From the NCBI GenBank assembly GCA_001029635.1, contig CP011209.1, positions 222,866-286,865 on the forward strand: DNA of 64,000 nucleotides, given 5' to 3'. Each line of letters starts with the position of its first letter. Position 1 is the first letter of the stretch. A program made the translations under genes and the position numbers. This DNA is from Candidatus Wolfebacteria bacterium GW2011_GWB1_47_1. GTDB taxonomy: Bacteria; Patescibacteriota; Minisyncoccia; UBA6257; UBA9933. The notes beneath the pieces were generated by a model that worked only from the letters and a program-made list of their open reading frames with translations, did not search any database and was not told the DNA's origin. Below, one piece after another: positions 46,096 through 56,583 of the stretch.

Positions 46096-47560
46096 ACAAG
46101 AGCTTATGTTATTTTTAAAAGACCTTACAATAAAAAAGATCCACGAAGGATTAAAGAACAAAGAATTTACCGCATTCGAATTGACGAAGGAGTTTTTTGA
46201 TTACATTGAAACCCGAGACAAAGAGGTGCAGGCATATTTGAGCTTGGACAAGGTCGGCGCATTGGCGGCTGCGGAAGCGGTCGATATTGCCATCGCAAAG
46301 GGTGAAGACATTGGGCCGTTGGCTGGCGTGCCAATGGCGATCAAGGACAATCTTCTAGTAAAGGGGTTGCCGGCAACAGCAGGATCGAAGATGTTGGAAA
46401 ATTATACCGCTGCATACGATGCGACTGTAATTAAAAAACTCAAGGAGGCTGGGGCGATCGTTATCGGTAAGGCGAATATGGATGAATTTGCCATGGGCTC
46501 GTCTACGGAAAACTCTGCATTCAAGATAACAAAGAATCCGCACGACCTGGAGCGTGTTCCAGGCGGGTCGTCGGGTGGATCGGCGGCTGCGGTCGCGGCG
46601 CATATGGCTGTGGCGGCATTGGGTACCGATACAGGCGGATCAATTCGTCAGCCGGCAAGCTTGTGTGGTGTGGTTGGTCTAAAGCCGACCTACGGTGCCG
46701 TGTCGCGATCGGGAGCGATCGCAATGGCATCGAGTCTTGACCAGATAGGACCATTGACCAAAACGGTAGAAGATGCGGCAATCGTATTCAATGCAATCAA
46801 GGATAAGGATCCCCTGGATGCTACGAGTGTCGACATGGAATATGGGGATGACTTATTACATCCAAAGTTGGAGAATGTAAAAAAGCTGCGTATTGGATTG
46901 CCGAAGGAATATTTCGTTGAGGGTATGGATGAATATACGCGAGCGGAGGTAAATAAGGCGATTGAAAAGGTAAAGAGTCTTGGTATCGAGGTAAAGGATA
47001 TCAGCTTGCCAAACATGAAGCATGCGCTGTCGTGTTATTACATCATCATGCCTGCCGAAGTGAGTTCAAACATGGCACGCTTTGACGGTATTAGATATGG
47101 TAGATTGGATGAGTTGCAACAGGATGAACCAAAAAGTCTCTTGGGTATCTATCACAAGCAGCGCGGGCAAGGATTTGGAAAGGAGGTTCGTCGCCGCATC
47201 ATGCTGGGAACATACGTGTTGTCTTCGGGATATTACGATGCCTACTATGCAAAGGCACAAAAGGTGCGCAAGTTGATCAAAGACGATTTTGACAAGGCAT
47301 TTGAGGAGGTAGATGTCATCTTAACGCCGGTATCGCCGACCACAGCATTTAAGATCGGAGAGAAGACAAGCGACCCGATGCAGATGTATCTTTCGGATAT
47401 CTTTACCTTAACACTTAACCTTGCTGGACTGCCCGGCGTTTCGATCCCGGTTAGACAATATGAAGGAACGGGTCAGATGCCGGTTGGATTCCAACTGATT
47501 GGCAAGGCGTTCCGCGAAGCGGACATTTTGGGGATTGGACAATTTTACGAAAGACTGTGA
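46091..47560 (+). CDS. gatA: Glu-tRNA(Gln) amidotransferase subunit A
   Basis: Amidase signature GGSSGGSAAAVAA with the Ser-cisSer-Lys triad region; 489 aa. The true start may be the ATG at 46106, because 46091 lies inside the repeat. Confidence 0.9.
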   Translation: MTQELMLFLKDLTIKKIHEGLKNKEFTAFELTKEFFDYIETRDKEVQAYLSLDKVGALAAAEAVDIAIAKGEDIGPLAGVPMAIKDNLLVKGLPATAGSKMLENYTAAYDATVIKKLKEAGAIVIGKANMDEFAMGSSTENSAFKITKNPHDLERVPGGSSGGSAAAVAAHMAVAALGTDTGGSIRQPASLCGVVGLKPTYGAVSRSGAIAMASSLDQIGPLTKTVEDAAIVFNAIKDKDPLDATSVDMEYGDDLLHPKLENVKKLRIGLPKEYFVEGMDEYTRAEVNKAIEKVKSLGIEVKDISLPNMKHALSCYYIIMPAEVSSNMARFDGIRYGRLDELQQDEPKSLLGIYHKQRGQGFGKEVRRRIMLGTYVLSSGYYDAYYAKAQKVRKLIKDDFDKAFEEVDVILTPVSPTTAFKIGEKTSDPMQMYLSDIFTLTLNLAGLPGVSIPVRQYEGTGQMPVGFQLIGKAFREADILGIGQFYERL

Positions 47561-47580
47561 AGTAGTGAGCTTGCCGAACT

Positions 47581-48108
47581 ATGAACGAATTAGCCGAAAA
47601 TTCGATAAAGGTGTTGAACTATGTGTTCGGCGCTTATAAGGATGTATTGCCTTCGCTGCAGTCATTCTCTTTGGTTATTACCGGAGCACTACTATTTTTT
47701 GTCGTATTGGCGATGACAAAGGCAAATGTCATTGGGGGGAAAAAGAATAAATTCATCGACAAGTGGAATCTCGTCGACATGTCCAAGGCAAAAATGAAAA
47801 AGGCGTGGATTGAGATTGCACGGGGTATCGCGAGCGGAGAGAGTGTCGCGATGAAGCAGGCAATCAACAACGCAGACAAAATGCTGGAAGAGATATTACG
47901 CGAGCGGGGATTTGCCGGGAAGACAATGGACGAGCGACTGAAGCAGGTGGATGAATCCGCGATGGAAAACATCAAGGAGATATGGCAGGCGCATAAGTTG
48001 TCTGACCGCATCAAAAAAGATCCATCGCTTAAAATAACCAAGGAAGAAGCATCGAACATCGTCTTTATCTATAGGAAAGCATTTAAAGATCACGGATTAA
48101 TTGACTAA
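47581..48108 (+). CDS. hypothetical membrane protein
   Basis: One or two TM helices near the N-terminus; no known motifs; bidirectional terminator at 48150-48182 downstream. Confidence 0.45.
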   Translation: MNELAENSIKVLNYVFGAYKDVLPSLQSFSLVITGALLFFVVLAMTKANVIGGKKNKFIDKWNLVDMSKAKMKKAWIEIARGIASGESVAMKQAINNADKMLEEILRERGFAGKTMDERLKQVDESAMENIKEIWQAHKLSDRIKKDPSLKITKEEASNIVFIYRKAFKDHGLID

Positions 48109-48198
48109 AAATATAACGACTTACGATGTCGTTACATAAACGCATTAACTCAAAAATAACGACGTCCAACGTCGTTATTTTTTGGATTTCGTTGTCGG

Positions 48199-49041
48199 TT
48201 ATCGTAAACACAGATCCACAAACGCCGTTTCGTAATCAAGCTTCCCTGACTTGATGGCGATGTCATAATCGGCGAGCATGCGCACAGTCGCAAGATCGAT
48301 AAACTGATTTTTTGCAAAAATGTTGAATATTTTTGCGGGTTCTTCTTGGTTAATGAAGAGTCGCTCAAGAGGGGTGAGTTTGCTGGCGACGGGGCCTTGT
48401 CGGGAGGCTGCATTGGTGAAGGCAAAGATGTCGGGAGATTCGAGGTAATCGATAAGAAGCTCTACATCCTGACGGGACAGCTCGCGCTTTGCGTCATTGT
48501 AGTACAGCGCGACCTTCTCGAGCTCGTTCATGATGAGCTGGGTATCGCGACGCAAGGCGAACACGAGGAAATCGGCCGCCTCAGGCGAGACGATAATGGA
48601 TCGTTTCTTGGCCTCTGTGGAAATGAAGAATGCGAGCTTTGCATCGGGTAGCGAGTCGAACGATTCGGTCATAACGGGTGTATTAACAAGAAACAAAAGG
48701 TCCTTAGGGACAACTACGCGATCACGCGGGTTTCGTGCCACCTCATCGGTGAACTCGGAAACAAAGGCGATAACGCTTTCATTGGTCGACGCAGACTTGA
48801 GAATATGTTGCGCCTCATCGGAGCCTTTGATGGCGAATACGTTGCTGATCAATGCAAGCTTCTTGTTCTCGAACATCGTCTGCTGGGAGCAGAAGTCTTT
48901 GAATCGGGAGATGTCGCTGTCATCATCAAAATCGAACGTGTTAATCGAAAAAACGGCATATTTTTTCTTGTACGCCTTGAGCAATTCCCGGAGGCGCTGC
49001 TCTCTTCGATAATTGTCCGCGCCGTGTAGGAAGGTGATCAT
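48199..49041 (-). CDS. holA: DNA polymerase III delta subunit (HolA-like)
   Basis: N-terminal MITFLHGADNYRREQ... and overall size and pattern typical of the delta subunit; start trimmed to the ATG at 49039-49041. Confidence 0.5.
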   Translation of the reverse strand: MITFLHGADNYRREQRLRELLKAYKKKYAVFSINTFDFDDDSDISRFKDFCSQQTMFENKKLALISNVFAIKGSDEAQHILKSASTNESVIAFVSEFTDEVARNPRDRVVVPKDLLFLVNTPVMTESFDSLPDAKLAFFISTEAKKRSIIVSPEAADFLVFALRRDTQLIMNELEKVALYYNDAKRELSRQDVELLIDYLESPDIFAFTNAASRQGPVASKLTPLERLFINQEEPAKIFNIFAKNQFIDLATVRMLADYDIAIKSGKLDYETAFVDLCLR

Positions 49042-49289
49042 CGGATAGGGAAAAGGTAATAGGGAATAAGGAAAACCGAAAGAATGCGCAGAGAAGAAGT
49101 CATTGCCAATAGGGGCCATCTCCAGGTACTATAAAGGTAAAGGATATGGAAGAAAGAGGCAACTCATGGGGTTGTTATTCCGGCCTACGAGCCGGAATCT
49201 CGTCGAATGAAAACGAGATCCTGAAACAAGTTCGGGATGATAGTGTTTCCCGCCCTTTTCCCTATTTCGTTATTCCTTTTTCCACGCCT

Positions 49290-49967
49290 ATGCGCTTCGA
49301 TATCATCACAATTTTTCCGGGAATATTCGACTCCTATTTTAATGAGTCTATTTTGAAGCGGGCACAGGAGAAGAAATTGATACAAATCCACGTACACGAT
49401 CTGCGTGATTTTGCGACCGATAAGCACCGAAAGGTTGATGATAGGCCGTTTGGAGGCGGACCGGGGATGGTAATGAAGGTCGAACCGCTTGTAAAGGCAA
49501 TTGCCGCCGTGGCAAAAAAGACAAAAAAGTTCGAAAAGGAGACAAAAGTGGTCTTTTTTGCTCCAGGAGGGAAGTTGATCGATGATGCGTACATAAACAA
49601 GACGGCTGACAAGACAAGGAGGGTCATTATGGTATGCGCTCATTATGAGGGCATGGATGAGCGGGTAAAGAAGGTGGTGAAGGATATGGGCTTTAAAAGT
49701 GAGGAATTGTCTGTCGGTCCCTATGTGCTAACGGGAGGGGAAATACCGGCGATGATCATGGTGGATGCGTTATCACGAAAGATTGGAGGAGTGCTTGGTA
49801 AGGAAGAATCGCTCGAAGAGTCTCGACATGGTGTTGGTGTACCGGCGTATACGCGTCCCAGTGAATATATATATAGGAAAAAGGGATATAAAGTGCCCCC
49901 CGTACTTATGTCTGGAGACCATAAAAAGATAGATGAATGGCGAAAAGAGCGAGGAAAAAGGCAGTAA
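49290..49967 (+). CDS. trmD: tRNA (guanine37-N1)-methyltransferase
   Basis: [17 protein letters not shown]...[11 protein letters not shown]... SPOUT/TrmD motifs; start at the ATG at 49290. Confidence 0.9.
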   Translation: MRFDIITIFPGIFDSYFNESILKRAQEKKLIQIHVHDLRDFATDKHRKVDDRPFGGGPGMVMKVEPLVKAIAAVAKKTKKFEKETKVVFFAPGGKLIDDAYINKTADKTRRVIMVCAHYEGMDERVKKVVKDMGFKSEELSVGPYVLTGGEIPAMIMVDALSRKIGGVLGKEESLEESRHGVGVPAYTRPSEYIYRKKGYKVPPVLMSGDHKKIDEWRKERGKRQ

Positions 49968-50011
49968 AAGAGGCCTTGCATTATTTACGCTTATCTGATA
50001 TAGTAATTCCG

Positions 50012-50278
50012 ATGCTTACAAAACGAACAAAGCAAAATATCATAAAAGAGCACAGAACGAATGATGCCGATACCGGCTCAGCTGATGTGCAGGTCGCAAT
50101 GCTTACCAAGCAGATTTCCGAACTTACTGATCACTTAAAGGTGAACCCGAAGGATAACCATTCCCGACGAGGCCTTTTGAAGATGGTAGGAAAGAGAAAG
50201 AGACTTTTGTCCTATCTCTCACGGACGAACGTGGCAGGCTACGAATTGATTCTCAAAAAGCTTAATCTCAAGAAATAA
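50012..50278 (+). CDS. rpsO: 30S ribosomal protein S15
   Basis: [50 protein letters not shown]; start at the ATG at 50012 (88 aa). Confidence 0.9.
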   Translation: MLTKRTKQNIIKEHRTNDADTGSADVQVAMLTKQISELTDHLKVNPKDNHSRRGLLKMVGKRKRLLSYLSRTNVAGYELILKKLNLKK

Positions 50279-50811
50279 TGAGACATAGAGAGCAACGAAT
50301 CGGCATTTTCATTGACGTTCAGAACCTCTATCATTCGGCAAAAAATTTGTACCAAAGCCGGATAAACTACCAGGAACTGATGAAGAGCTTGGTGGGGGAG
50401 CGGAAATTAATCCGTGCCCTTGGCTATGTGGTAAAAAGCGAATCACAAAACGAAGATCTCACTGGTGAGGCTTCGTTTTTTGATGCACTCGAAAAAGCGG
50501 GGATTGATTTGCGCATGAAGGATCTGCAAGTGTACCCGGGAGGCATGAAGAAGGCTGATTGGGATGTGGGAATGGCGATCGACGCAGTCAGAATGGCTGA
50601 TTCATTGGATGTGGTCATTTTGGTGACCGGAGATGGGGACTTTGTTCCGTTGGTGGAGTATCTGAAATGGGGGAGGGGAAAGTTAGTGGAAGTTGCCGGG
50701 TTTGGCAGGACGACAAGTTCAAAGCTACGCGAGGCGACCGATCTTTACATTGACCTAAAGGAGATCCCCAGGATATTATTAAGAACGAGGGCAAGCAGAA
50801 GGTCCCGCTGA
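50278..50811 (+). CDS. NYN-domain (LabA-like) protein
   Basis: IGIFIDVQNLYHSA...VVILVTGDGDFVPLV pattern of LabA/NYN PIN-like nucleases; TAATG coupling to rpsO. Confidence 0.7.
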   Translation: MRHREQRIGIFIDVQNLYHSAKNLYQSRINYQELMKSLVGERKLIRALGYVVKSESQNEDLTGEASFFDALEKAGIDLRMKDLQVYPGGMKKADWDVGMAIDAVRMADSLDVVILVTGDGDFVPLVEYLKWGRGKLVEVAGFGRTTSSKLREATDLYIDLKEIPRILLRTRASRRSR

Positions 50812-50949
50812 ACTGAAAACGAAATAGTGGGCAGATATACAATTACCCTGCAGGGTGAACCCAATTTTAAATTTAAAATTAAGAGCTGCAGCGTGGTTGC
50901 AATGTGTCCGGTATTTCATTATCGGGAGGCAAAGGGACTCTACAATAGA

Positions 50950-53343
50950 ATGCAATTACCGAAACAAGAGTTTGTGCTCGATGTTGCGGGCAAGCCGTTT
51001 ACGTTGACCGTTTCCAGTCTGGCGAATCAGGCGAATGCGTCAGCAATCGGAACCTATGGCGATACCGCCGTATTGGTGACGGCGGTCATCGGTTCACAAG
51101 ACCGTCCGACGGACTTTTTTCCACTCACGATCGATTACGAGGAGCGTTTTTATGCCGCAGGCAAGATCCTCGGTAGCCGCTTCATGCGCCGTGAAGGGCG
51201 TCCGTCCGATGAGGCGGTGCTTTCCGGGCGTTTGATTGATCGAGCAGTTCGCCCATTGTTCAATCATGACCTCCGCCGCGACGTACAGGTTGTCGTAACG
51301 ATCCTTTCCTATGATGGAGAAAACGATCCTGATTTTGTTGCATTTTTGACGGTATCATCCGTGTTGATGATGTCCGATATACCATGGAATGGTCCGATAG
51401 GAGGGATTAAAATGGCTAAGACGAAAGATGGTGAATTTATATTAAACCCTATCAATTCGAGGATTGAGGACAAGAACAAGCTTGTATACGAAGCGTTCAT
51501 CGGAGCAACCGAAGATCGAATCAGTATGATAGAGCTCACGGGAAACGAGGCGAGCGAAGAAGAAGTCGCAGAAGGATTTGCAATGGCTCATGAGGAGATC
51601 AAGAAGATGTGCGTATTCCAGAAGGAGCTGCAGGCGAAGATCGGCAAGAAGAAGATGGAGGGAATCTTTGTTGAAACAAACGCTGACTTTGTAAAGCGGG
51701 TGCAAGAATTCTTGGTAGGGAAGCTGGAGGCCGGAGTCTACGGGACCGACAAGGCAGAATTGCATCAGAAGATGCACGGTATCAAGACGGATCTCATTGC
51801 GCACCTCAAAGAGGCAGGATACGAAGATCTTGCAAAGCTGGATGCCGTACTTGAGACAGAGATAGATGCATTGATGCATAAGAATATCCTGGAAGAGAAC
51901 CGGCGACCGGATGGTCGCGCAATGGACCAGGTGCGTGAGCTTTACGGTGAAGTGGGGATGTTTAAACGCTTGCACGGGACAGGATTGTTTATGCGTGGAG
52001 CAACACAGGCACTTGCGGTTACAACGCTTGGCGCGCCCGGTGATGAACAACTCGTAGAAACGATTGAGACATCAGGAAAGAAGCGATTCATGCTGCACTA
52101 CAATTTTCCGCCGTATTCGACGGGTGAAGTAAAGCGCATGGGTGGCGTTGGGCGAAGGGAGATCGGGCATGGAGCTTTGGCTAAAAAGGCGATCGAGTGG
52201 ATGCTCCCAAATCAGGAAGAATTTCCATATGTCATCCGCGTGGTATCTGAAGTATTAGGATCAAATGGTTCCTCTTCGATGGCGACGACATGTGCAACGA
52301 CACTTTCGTTGATGGATGCAGGCGTACCGATGAAGAAGATGGTGGGCGGTATTGCCATGGGGTTGGTCATGGATCACGCGGGTAACTACAAGGTGTTGAC
52401 GGATATTCAAGGACCGGAAGACCACTATGGAGACATGGATTGTAAGGTTGCCGGAACAAGCGACGGCATCACAGCTATGCAGATGGATGTAAAGATAGAA
52501 GGTATTACCGTGCAGATCCTGAAGGATACGCTCGCAGCATCGAAAAAGGCTCGCTTGCACATCTTGGAAACAATGAAGAATGTGATCGCGGAGCCACGTA
52601 AGGAGCTATCTCCATACGCACCGTCGATTATCTCGATGCGTATCGATCCGGAAAGGATAGGTGCCGTCATTGGATCGGGGGGTAAGGTTATCAACGGCAT
52701 CATCGCTGAGACCGGAGTCATTACGATCAATATAGAAGATGATGGAGTCATCTCGATCGCAGCGATCGGTCACGAGAAGGCGGAAGCTGCCAAGCGGATC
52801 ATTGAAGGCATCTTGAAGGAATACGAGGTAGGAGAGGTGGTGAACGGAAAGATCATAAAGCTCCTCGACTTCGGCGCAGTCGTTGATCTTGGAGGAGGGA
52901 AAGATGGCATGGTTCATATTTCTGAATTTAAGCACGGATTCGTAGAGAAGATCAGCGACGTAGCGCATCTCGGTGACGAGGTGGTCGCGCAGGTCATCCG
53001 AGCCGAACAGGGAAAACTTTCCTTGTCCGTAAAGGCATTATTGCCAAAACCGGAAGGACAGCCGAAGCGCGATGAACTATCACGACCGGGGCAACATGAA
53101 GGACATGCCCATGGTGATCGTCAGAGGCCGAGGGGTCTTGGCGGGAGCCGTCACCCACGGAACGAAGAGCGCGAACCGCATCGTTCTAATCCGGCAGTTG
53201 ACGGACGAGGGTATCATCCTGAGCACACTGAACGTTCGGTAGAACGCGTAGAGCGAACAGCGTCTGGCGACGTAAAAGGGAAGTCTCTTGAAGAGGTATT
53301 GCAGGAGCTGGAAAGCGGCCAGGCATATAAGGAAGATAAATAA
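50950..53343 (+). CDS. pnp: polyribonucleotide nucleotidyltransferase (PNPase) with a ~100-aa basic C-terminal tail
   Basis: Two RNase-PH domains, KH (IGAVIGSGGKVINGI) and S1 domains; Arg/His/Glu-rich extension after the S1 domain; terminator downstream. Confidence 0.9.
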   Translation: MQLPKQEFVLDVAGKPFTLTVSSLANQANASAIGTYGDTAVLVTAVIGSQDRPTDFFPLTIDYEERFYAAGKILGSRFMRREGRPSDEAVLSGRLIDRAVRPLFNHDLRRDVQVVVTILSYDGENDPDFVAFLTVSSVLMMSDIPWNGPIGGIKMAKTKDGEFILNPINSRIEDKNKLVYEAFIGATEDRISMIELTGNEASEEEVAEGFAMAHEEIKKMCVFQKELQAKIGKKKMEGIFVETNADFVKRVQEFLVGKLEAGVYGTDKAELHQKMHGIKTDLIAHLKEAGYEDLAKLDAVLETEIDALMHKNILEENRRPDGRAMDQVRELYGEVGMFKRLHGTGLFMRGATQALAVTTLGAPGDEQLVETIETSGKKRFMLHYNFPPYSTGEVKRMGGVGRREIGHGALAKKAIEWMLPNQEEFPYVIRVVSEVLGSNGSSSMATTCATTLSLMDAGVPMKKMVGGIAMGLVMDHAGNYKVLTDIQGPEDHYGDMDCKVAGTSDGITAMQMDVKIEGITVQILKDTLAASKKARLHILETMKNVIAEPRKELSPYAPSIISMRIDPERIGAVIGSGGKVINGIIAETGVITINIEDDGVISIAAIGHEKAEAAKRIIEGILKEYEVGEVVNGKIIKLLDFGAVVDLGGGKDGMVHISEFKHGFVEKISDVAHLGDEVVAQVIRAEQGKLSLSVKALLPKPEGQPKRDELSRPGQHEGHAHGDRQRPRGLGGSRHPRNEEREPHRSNPAVDGRGYHPEHTERSVERVERTASGDVKGKSLEEVLQELESGQAYKEDK

Positions 53344-53604
53344 CAAAAAGGCGGTTCGTTAGCTGACGAACCGCCTTTTTTTGTCTTAATACTAAAAGAT
53401 CGGCGATTCCGGTTAAGAATTGTCATTTCAACGGAGCCTGTCACGTGGAAAGTAGCAACTTTCTCTACGTGGGTCGGAATCCAGGGGTATATTCCGCCTT
53501 GCGATGACGGAAAATGTACGTCCGTACATTTGGATATAATCATGAATAGATTGGTGGATAAAAAAAGCGGCTCCTTACGGAGCCGCTTCGGACAAAACGA
53601 ATAA

Positions 53605-54090
53605 TCATCTGATGCCGGTAGGGAGGAAGTCCTTACGCAAGCGCATTTCTACGGGCGAAGTCTTTGTTCGCGTGAAATGACTCCTTGCGAGTCTGTTGTA
53701 GTTCTCAACAGAGTTGGCGCGATCGATCTTCCTGCTCTGGAGTTCGGAGAGTTTTAAGTAATAGATCTCGACGATCTTCGGGTCGGACAGGTTTCCTCTC
53801 ACATCCATCTCAAAGAGTTTCTTGTCGAGCAGTCCAATCTTTGCATCCAGGCCTTGGATTTTCTCGAAGAGTGTACGGAGTGACGCGGCTTCAGAATTGG
53901 TTAGTGTGATTTCCGGCCTGCGGTTCTGTGGAATCGGCTTATTCGGCCAGAGGACAAAAGCCAGGAGAGATATCGCGATGACGATCCAGCACGCGATAGT
54001 GGGGGGATTGAAACTGCGGGCCCCGGTGATATTCCAGTCGCCATCTTTCGTGTTGCGGTCTATCTTGGGAGGCGGACATGCGTAATACAT
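53605..54090 (-). CDS. hypothetical membrane protein with coiled-coil (possibly FtsB/DivIC-like)
   Basis: Single TM followed by a heptad-like segment (LDAKIGLLDKKLFEM); weak. Confidence 0.3.
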   Translation of the reverse strand: MYYACPPPKIDRNTKDGDWNITGARSFNPPTIACWIVIAISLLAFVLWPNKPIPQNRRPEITLTNSEAASLRTLFEKIQGLDAKIGLLDKKLFEMDVRGNLSDPKIVEIYYLKLSELQSRKIDRANSVENYNRLARSHFTRTKTSPVEMRLRKDFLPTGIR

Positions 54091-54123
54091 GGAGAAGCTC
54101 CTTTCTTTGCAAGATAGTAGGTA

Positions 54124-55047
54124 TTATGCAGAGGCGGATTCAACGATGCGAATAATATCGCTTAATGGAAGTTTACTTCCTGATACGCGGGGGCTACCCC
54201 AGATGGTATTGCTTCCGCCCCACCGATCTTCGCCGCATTGTTCCGCATCATTGAGCGCGGCAATGATTTTAGCAACGGGCCGGCGAATGAATGGCGACAT
54301 AAGTCCCATGACATACGCCATTGCATTGCCGGGGAGTTCCCTCGCTGATATGAAGGAATTGATACCATCGGCAAACATCGCCGTCCGTGCGTGGGCGCCG
54401 ATCTCGCGAACAATTGTCCAGTGTTTACGTGACCCGATCACCTCATACCGGGTGTCGAGTGGCAATGTACCTCCGCCGTCGAGGATATACCGCATGATGC
54501 GCAATTCAACATCCGTGACGACGCGCGTATAGGACGCGGGGTCCTTTTTGTACAATTCTCCGCTGCTGCGAAACTGGGTGTAGGGTTCAAAGATCCATGC
54601 GAGTTTTTGCAGAAGCGGGAGATGCGTCGGGAATGGATATGCCCCTGCGGTCGAGTCGAGCATGTCCTCCATCATGACCAGGCGGTTTAGTGCCGGACTC
54701 ATGACGTTTGAAACAAGGCATCCCTGATTAAGCAGAAACCAGGTGACGCAAACGTCCTGATCGCAATCATTGAAGTAAGCGTCGATGCGAAGCTCCCCCT
54801 CATCAGTTGTGAAGGATTTGAAAAGTCCTTGGCGAATGGCGAGAAGGGTCTGTGCGCAGGTTGCGCGCGTTGCGAGTCGATCGACTCCCTCGTGGTGATT
54901 GCAGTTCATGCGCGGACCATCTGGGTCGAATCGAGGCCCCTCGTTCACGTAGCCATCAAAGGCGATGGAATAGGGGTTGCTGATTTGGCAGAATCTTCGC
55001 CATGACATCGGCGGCCTACCCGGCTGCATCAAGAGCTTAACCGACAT
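54124..55047 (-). CDS. hypothetical protein
   Basis: GGAGG RBS before the ATG at 55045-55047 (MSVKLLMQ...); the upstream ORF-track extension lacks an RBS; no recognised family. Confidence 0.45.
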   Translation of the reverse strand: MSVKLLMQPGRPPMSWRRFCQISNPYSIAFDGYVNEGPRFDPDGPRMNCNHHEGVDRLATRATCAQTLLAIRQGLFKSFTTDEGELRIDAYFNDCDQDVCVTWFLLNQGCLVSNVMSPALNRLVMMEDMLDSTAGAYPFPTHLPLLQKLAWIFEPYTQFRSSGELYKKDPASYTRVVTDVELRIMRYILDGGGTLPLDTRYEVIGSRKHWTIVREIGAHARTAMFADGINSFISARELPGNAMAYVMGLMSPFIRRPVAKIIAALNDAEQCGEDRWGGSNTIWGSPRVSGSKLPLSDIIRIVESASA

Positions 55048-55227
55048 GAGATACCTCCAAATATTGGTAATGTGTGAGTTGCTGGATATAGTAAACAATT
55101 TAAGCAGAAATAAGTCAACAAAAAAAGGCACACCCGTTCGTCAGTTGGCGGACGGGTGTTTGTTATTTTGCCCTTAGATAGACTCAGGAATTCGTAAACT
55201 AAAAACACCCATAACGGGTGCCTTTAA

Positions 55228-55494
55228 TTATTTTGCAGGAGTAGCGATCTTCTTAGAAAGTCGTGACTTCAATCGGCTTGCCTTGTTCTTCTTGATGATG
55301 TTTGTCTTGGCAGCCTTGTCGAGCTTCTTGAAGACGACAGAGAGCTGCTTTTCGGCGGCTTCGGTCTTCTTCGCCACAACGAGCTTCTTGTAGTCCTTGA
55401 TTGTTTCCTTCAAGGTGTCCTTCTGCTTTACGTTGCGGATCTTGCGGCGGATATTCTGGCGATTTGCCTTTTCTGCTGTCTTTGTATTCGGCAT
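55228..55494 (-). CDS. rpsT: 30S ribosomal protein S20
   Basis: KTAEKANRQNIRRKIRN... typical bS20, 88 aa; two terminators downstream. Confidence 0.85.
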   Translation of the reverse strand: MPNTKTAEKANRQNIRRKIRNVKQKDTLKETIKDYKKLVVAKKTEAAEKQLSVVFKKLDKAAKTNIIKKNKASRLKSRLSKKIATPAK

Positions 55495-55640
55495 AGTGGT
55501 TCCATATTACATTCTTTGACCTATAATGTCAACGGCGTGAGGTCTACGAGAAGTGGACGATTCGCTATAAAAAAGAGGCGGAAGAACGGATAAAAAGGCC
55601 GCGACTGAGTCGCGGCCTTGATAAAACAGGGTTGGACGGC

Positions 55641-56405
55641 CTACCGTGCCGGCTGTACCTTCATCAACTTGAGGGAGATGAGGTGCCAGTCGAGGATCCA
55701 CCATGCCACACCGGCCAGGCCGCCAAGGATGGCGTTGCCGGTATAGTGACCAATGGCGACGCCGATGGCTACATCGATCCCGAAGAGGACTCGCTCGTGT
55801 GAATGCACAATGCGGAAGAGATGATGGGTGAACTGCCAGGCGAACTCGGAAACCTTTTCGGTGACCAGGGCGACTACGAGGAGTACGTAGAAGATGGCGA
55901 TCCAGATCGTCCGAACCACGAAGGGGATCGGATGGAATAACTGGACAATATGAGACATATCTTTGACGTGTCTCTGCATGGAATCTTCGCTTTTGAAGCT
56001 CGAGGAGGCTATGAACATAAGCGTAAGTCCTACATAAATCCCGAAATAGGCGCTCCATTGAAGCCACGTAGTGGCATGTTCAGTAGGGGGGGGAGATATG
56101 ACCAGGAGAATCGCACCGAAGAAAGTGAAGGCGATACTTGCGCCCGCGCCAAACGTATAGAAGGCGAAGCGCGTAAAGCGTTTGAGCCCTGCACGCGTCG
56201 GAATCCACGAATTCGTCCCTGTGCACGTCGTGCGAAACGCGACCGGGATCGCGCGGATGAACTCCCGTGCGTCGCAGCCGATGTAGCCGGTGACAAAACC
56301 GACAATCAGGCCAACCCACCAAAGGGCACCGAGTTGTCGTGCGATGATCGATCCGACGAACGACAGTAGGAAAGCAAAGAAGATTCGCTCCATGTTCTTA
56401 CTCAT
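55641..56405 (-). CDS. hypothetical multi-pass membrane protein (tandem paralog 1)
   Basis: GGAGGAGTGATTATG RBS and start; N- and C-termini nearly identical to 56584..57342; own terminator hairpin at 55591-55617. Confidence 0.55.
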   Translation of the reverse strand: MSKNMERIFFAFLLSFVGSIIARQLGALWWVGLIVGFVTGYIGCDAREFIRAIPVAFRTTCTGTNSWIPTRAGLKRFTRFAFYTFGAGASIAFTFFGAILLVISPPPTEHATTWLQWSAYFGIYVGLTLMFIASSSFKSEDSMQRHVKDMSHIVQLFHPIPFVVRTIWIAIFYVLLVVALVTEKVSEFAWQFTHHLFRIVHSHERVLFGIDVAIGVAIGHYTGNAILGGLAGVAWWILDWHLISLKLMKVQPAR

Positions 56406-56583
56406 AATCACTCCTCCCGTATCAGTTGTTGTCCCACGAATGGGGTATGGTACTAAGATTAGTAAACAAATTATAATATATATTGTCAACCAATACATAA
56501 GAAGAGATAAGGAAAATGAGTAGAAAAAAGATAAAAAAAGGCCGCGACTGAGTCGCGGCCTTGGTAAAACAGGGTTGGACGGC

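Noticed and set aside
38789-49080. Recurrent AG-rich GGAAAAGG/TAGGGAATAGG-like motifs in several intergenic regions (about 38790-38812, 49044-49075, 27095-27125)
   Set aside because: The motifs are loosely similar, purine-rich stretches without fixed spacing relative to genes. They cannot be distinguished from RBS or UP-like low-complexity sequence by eye.
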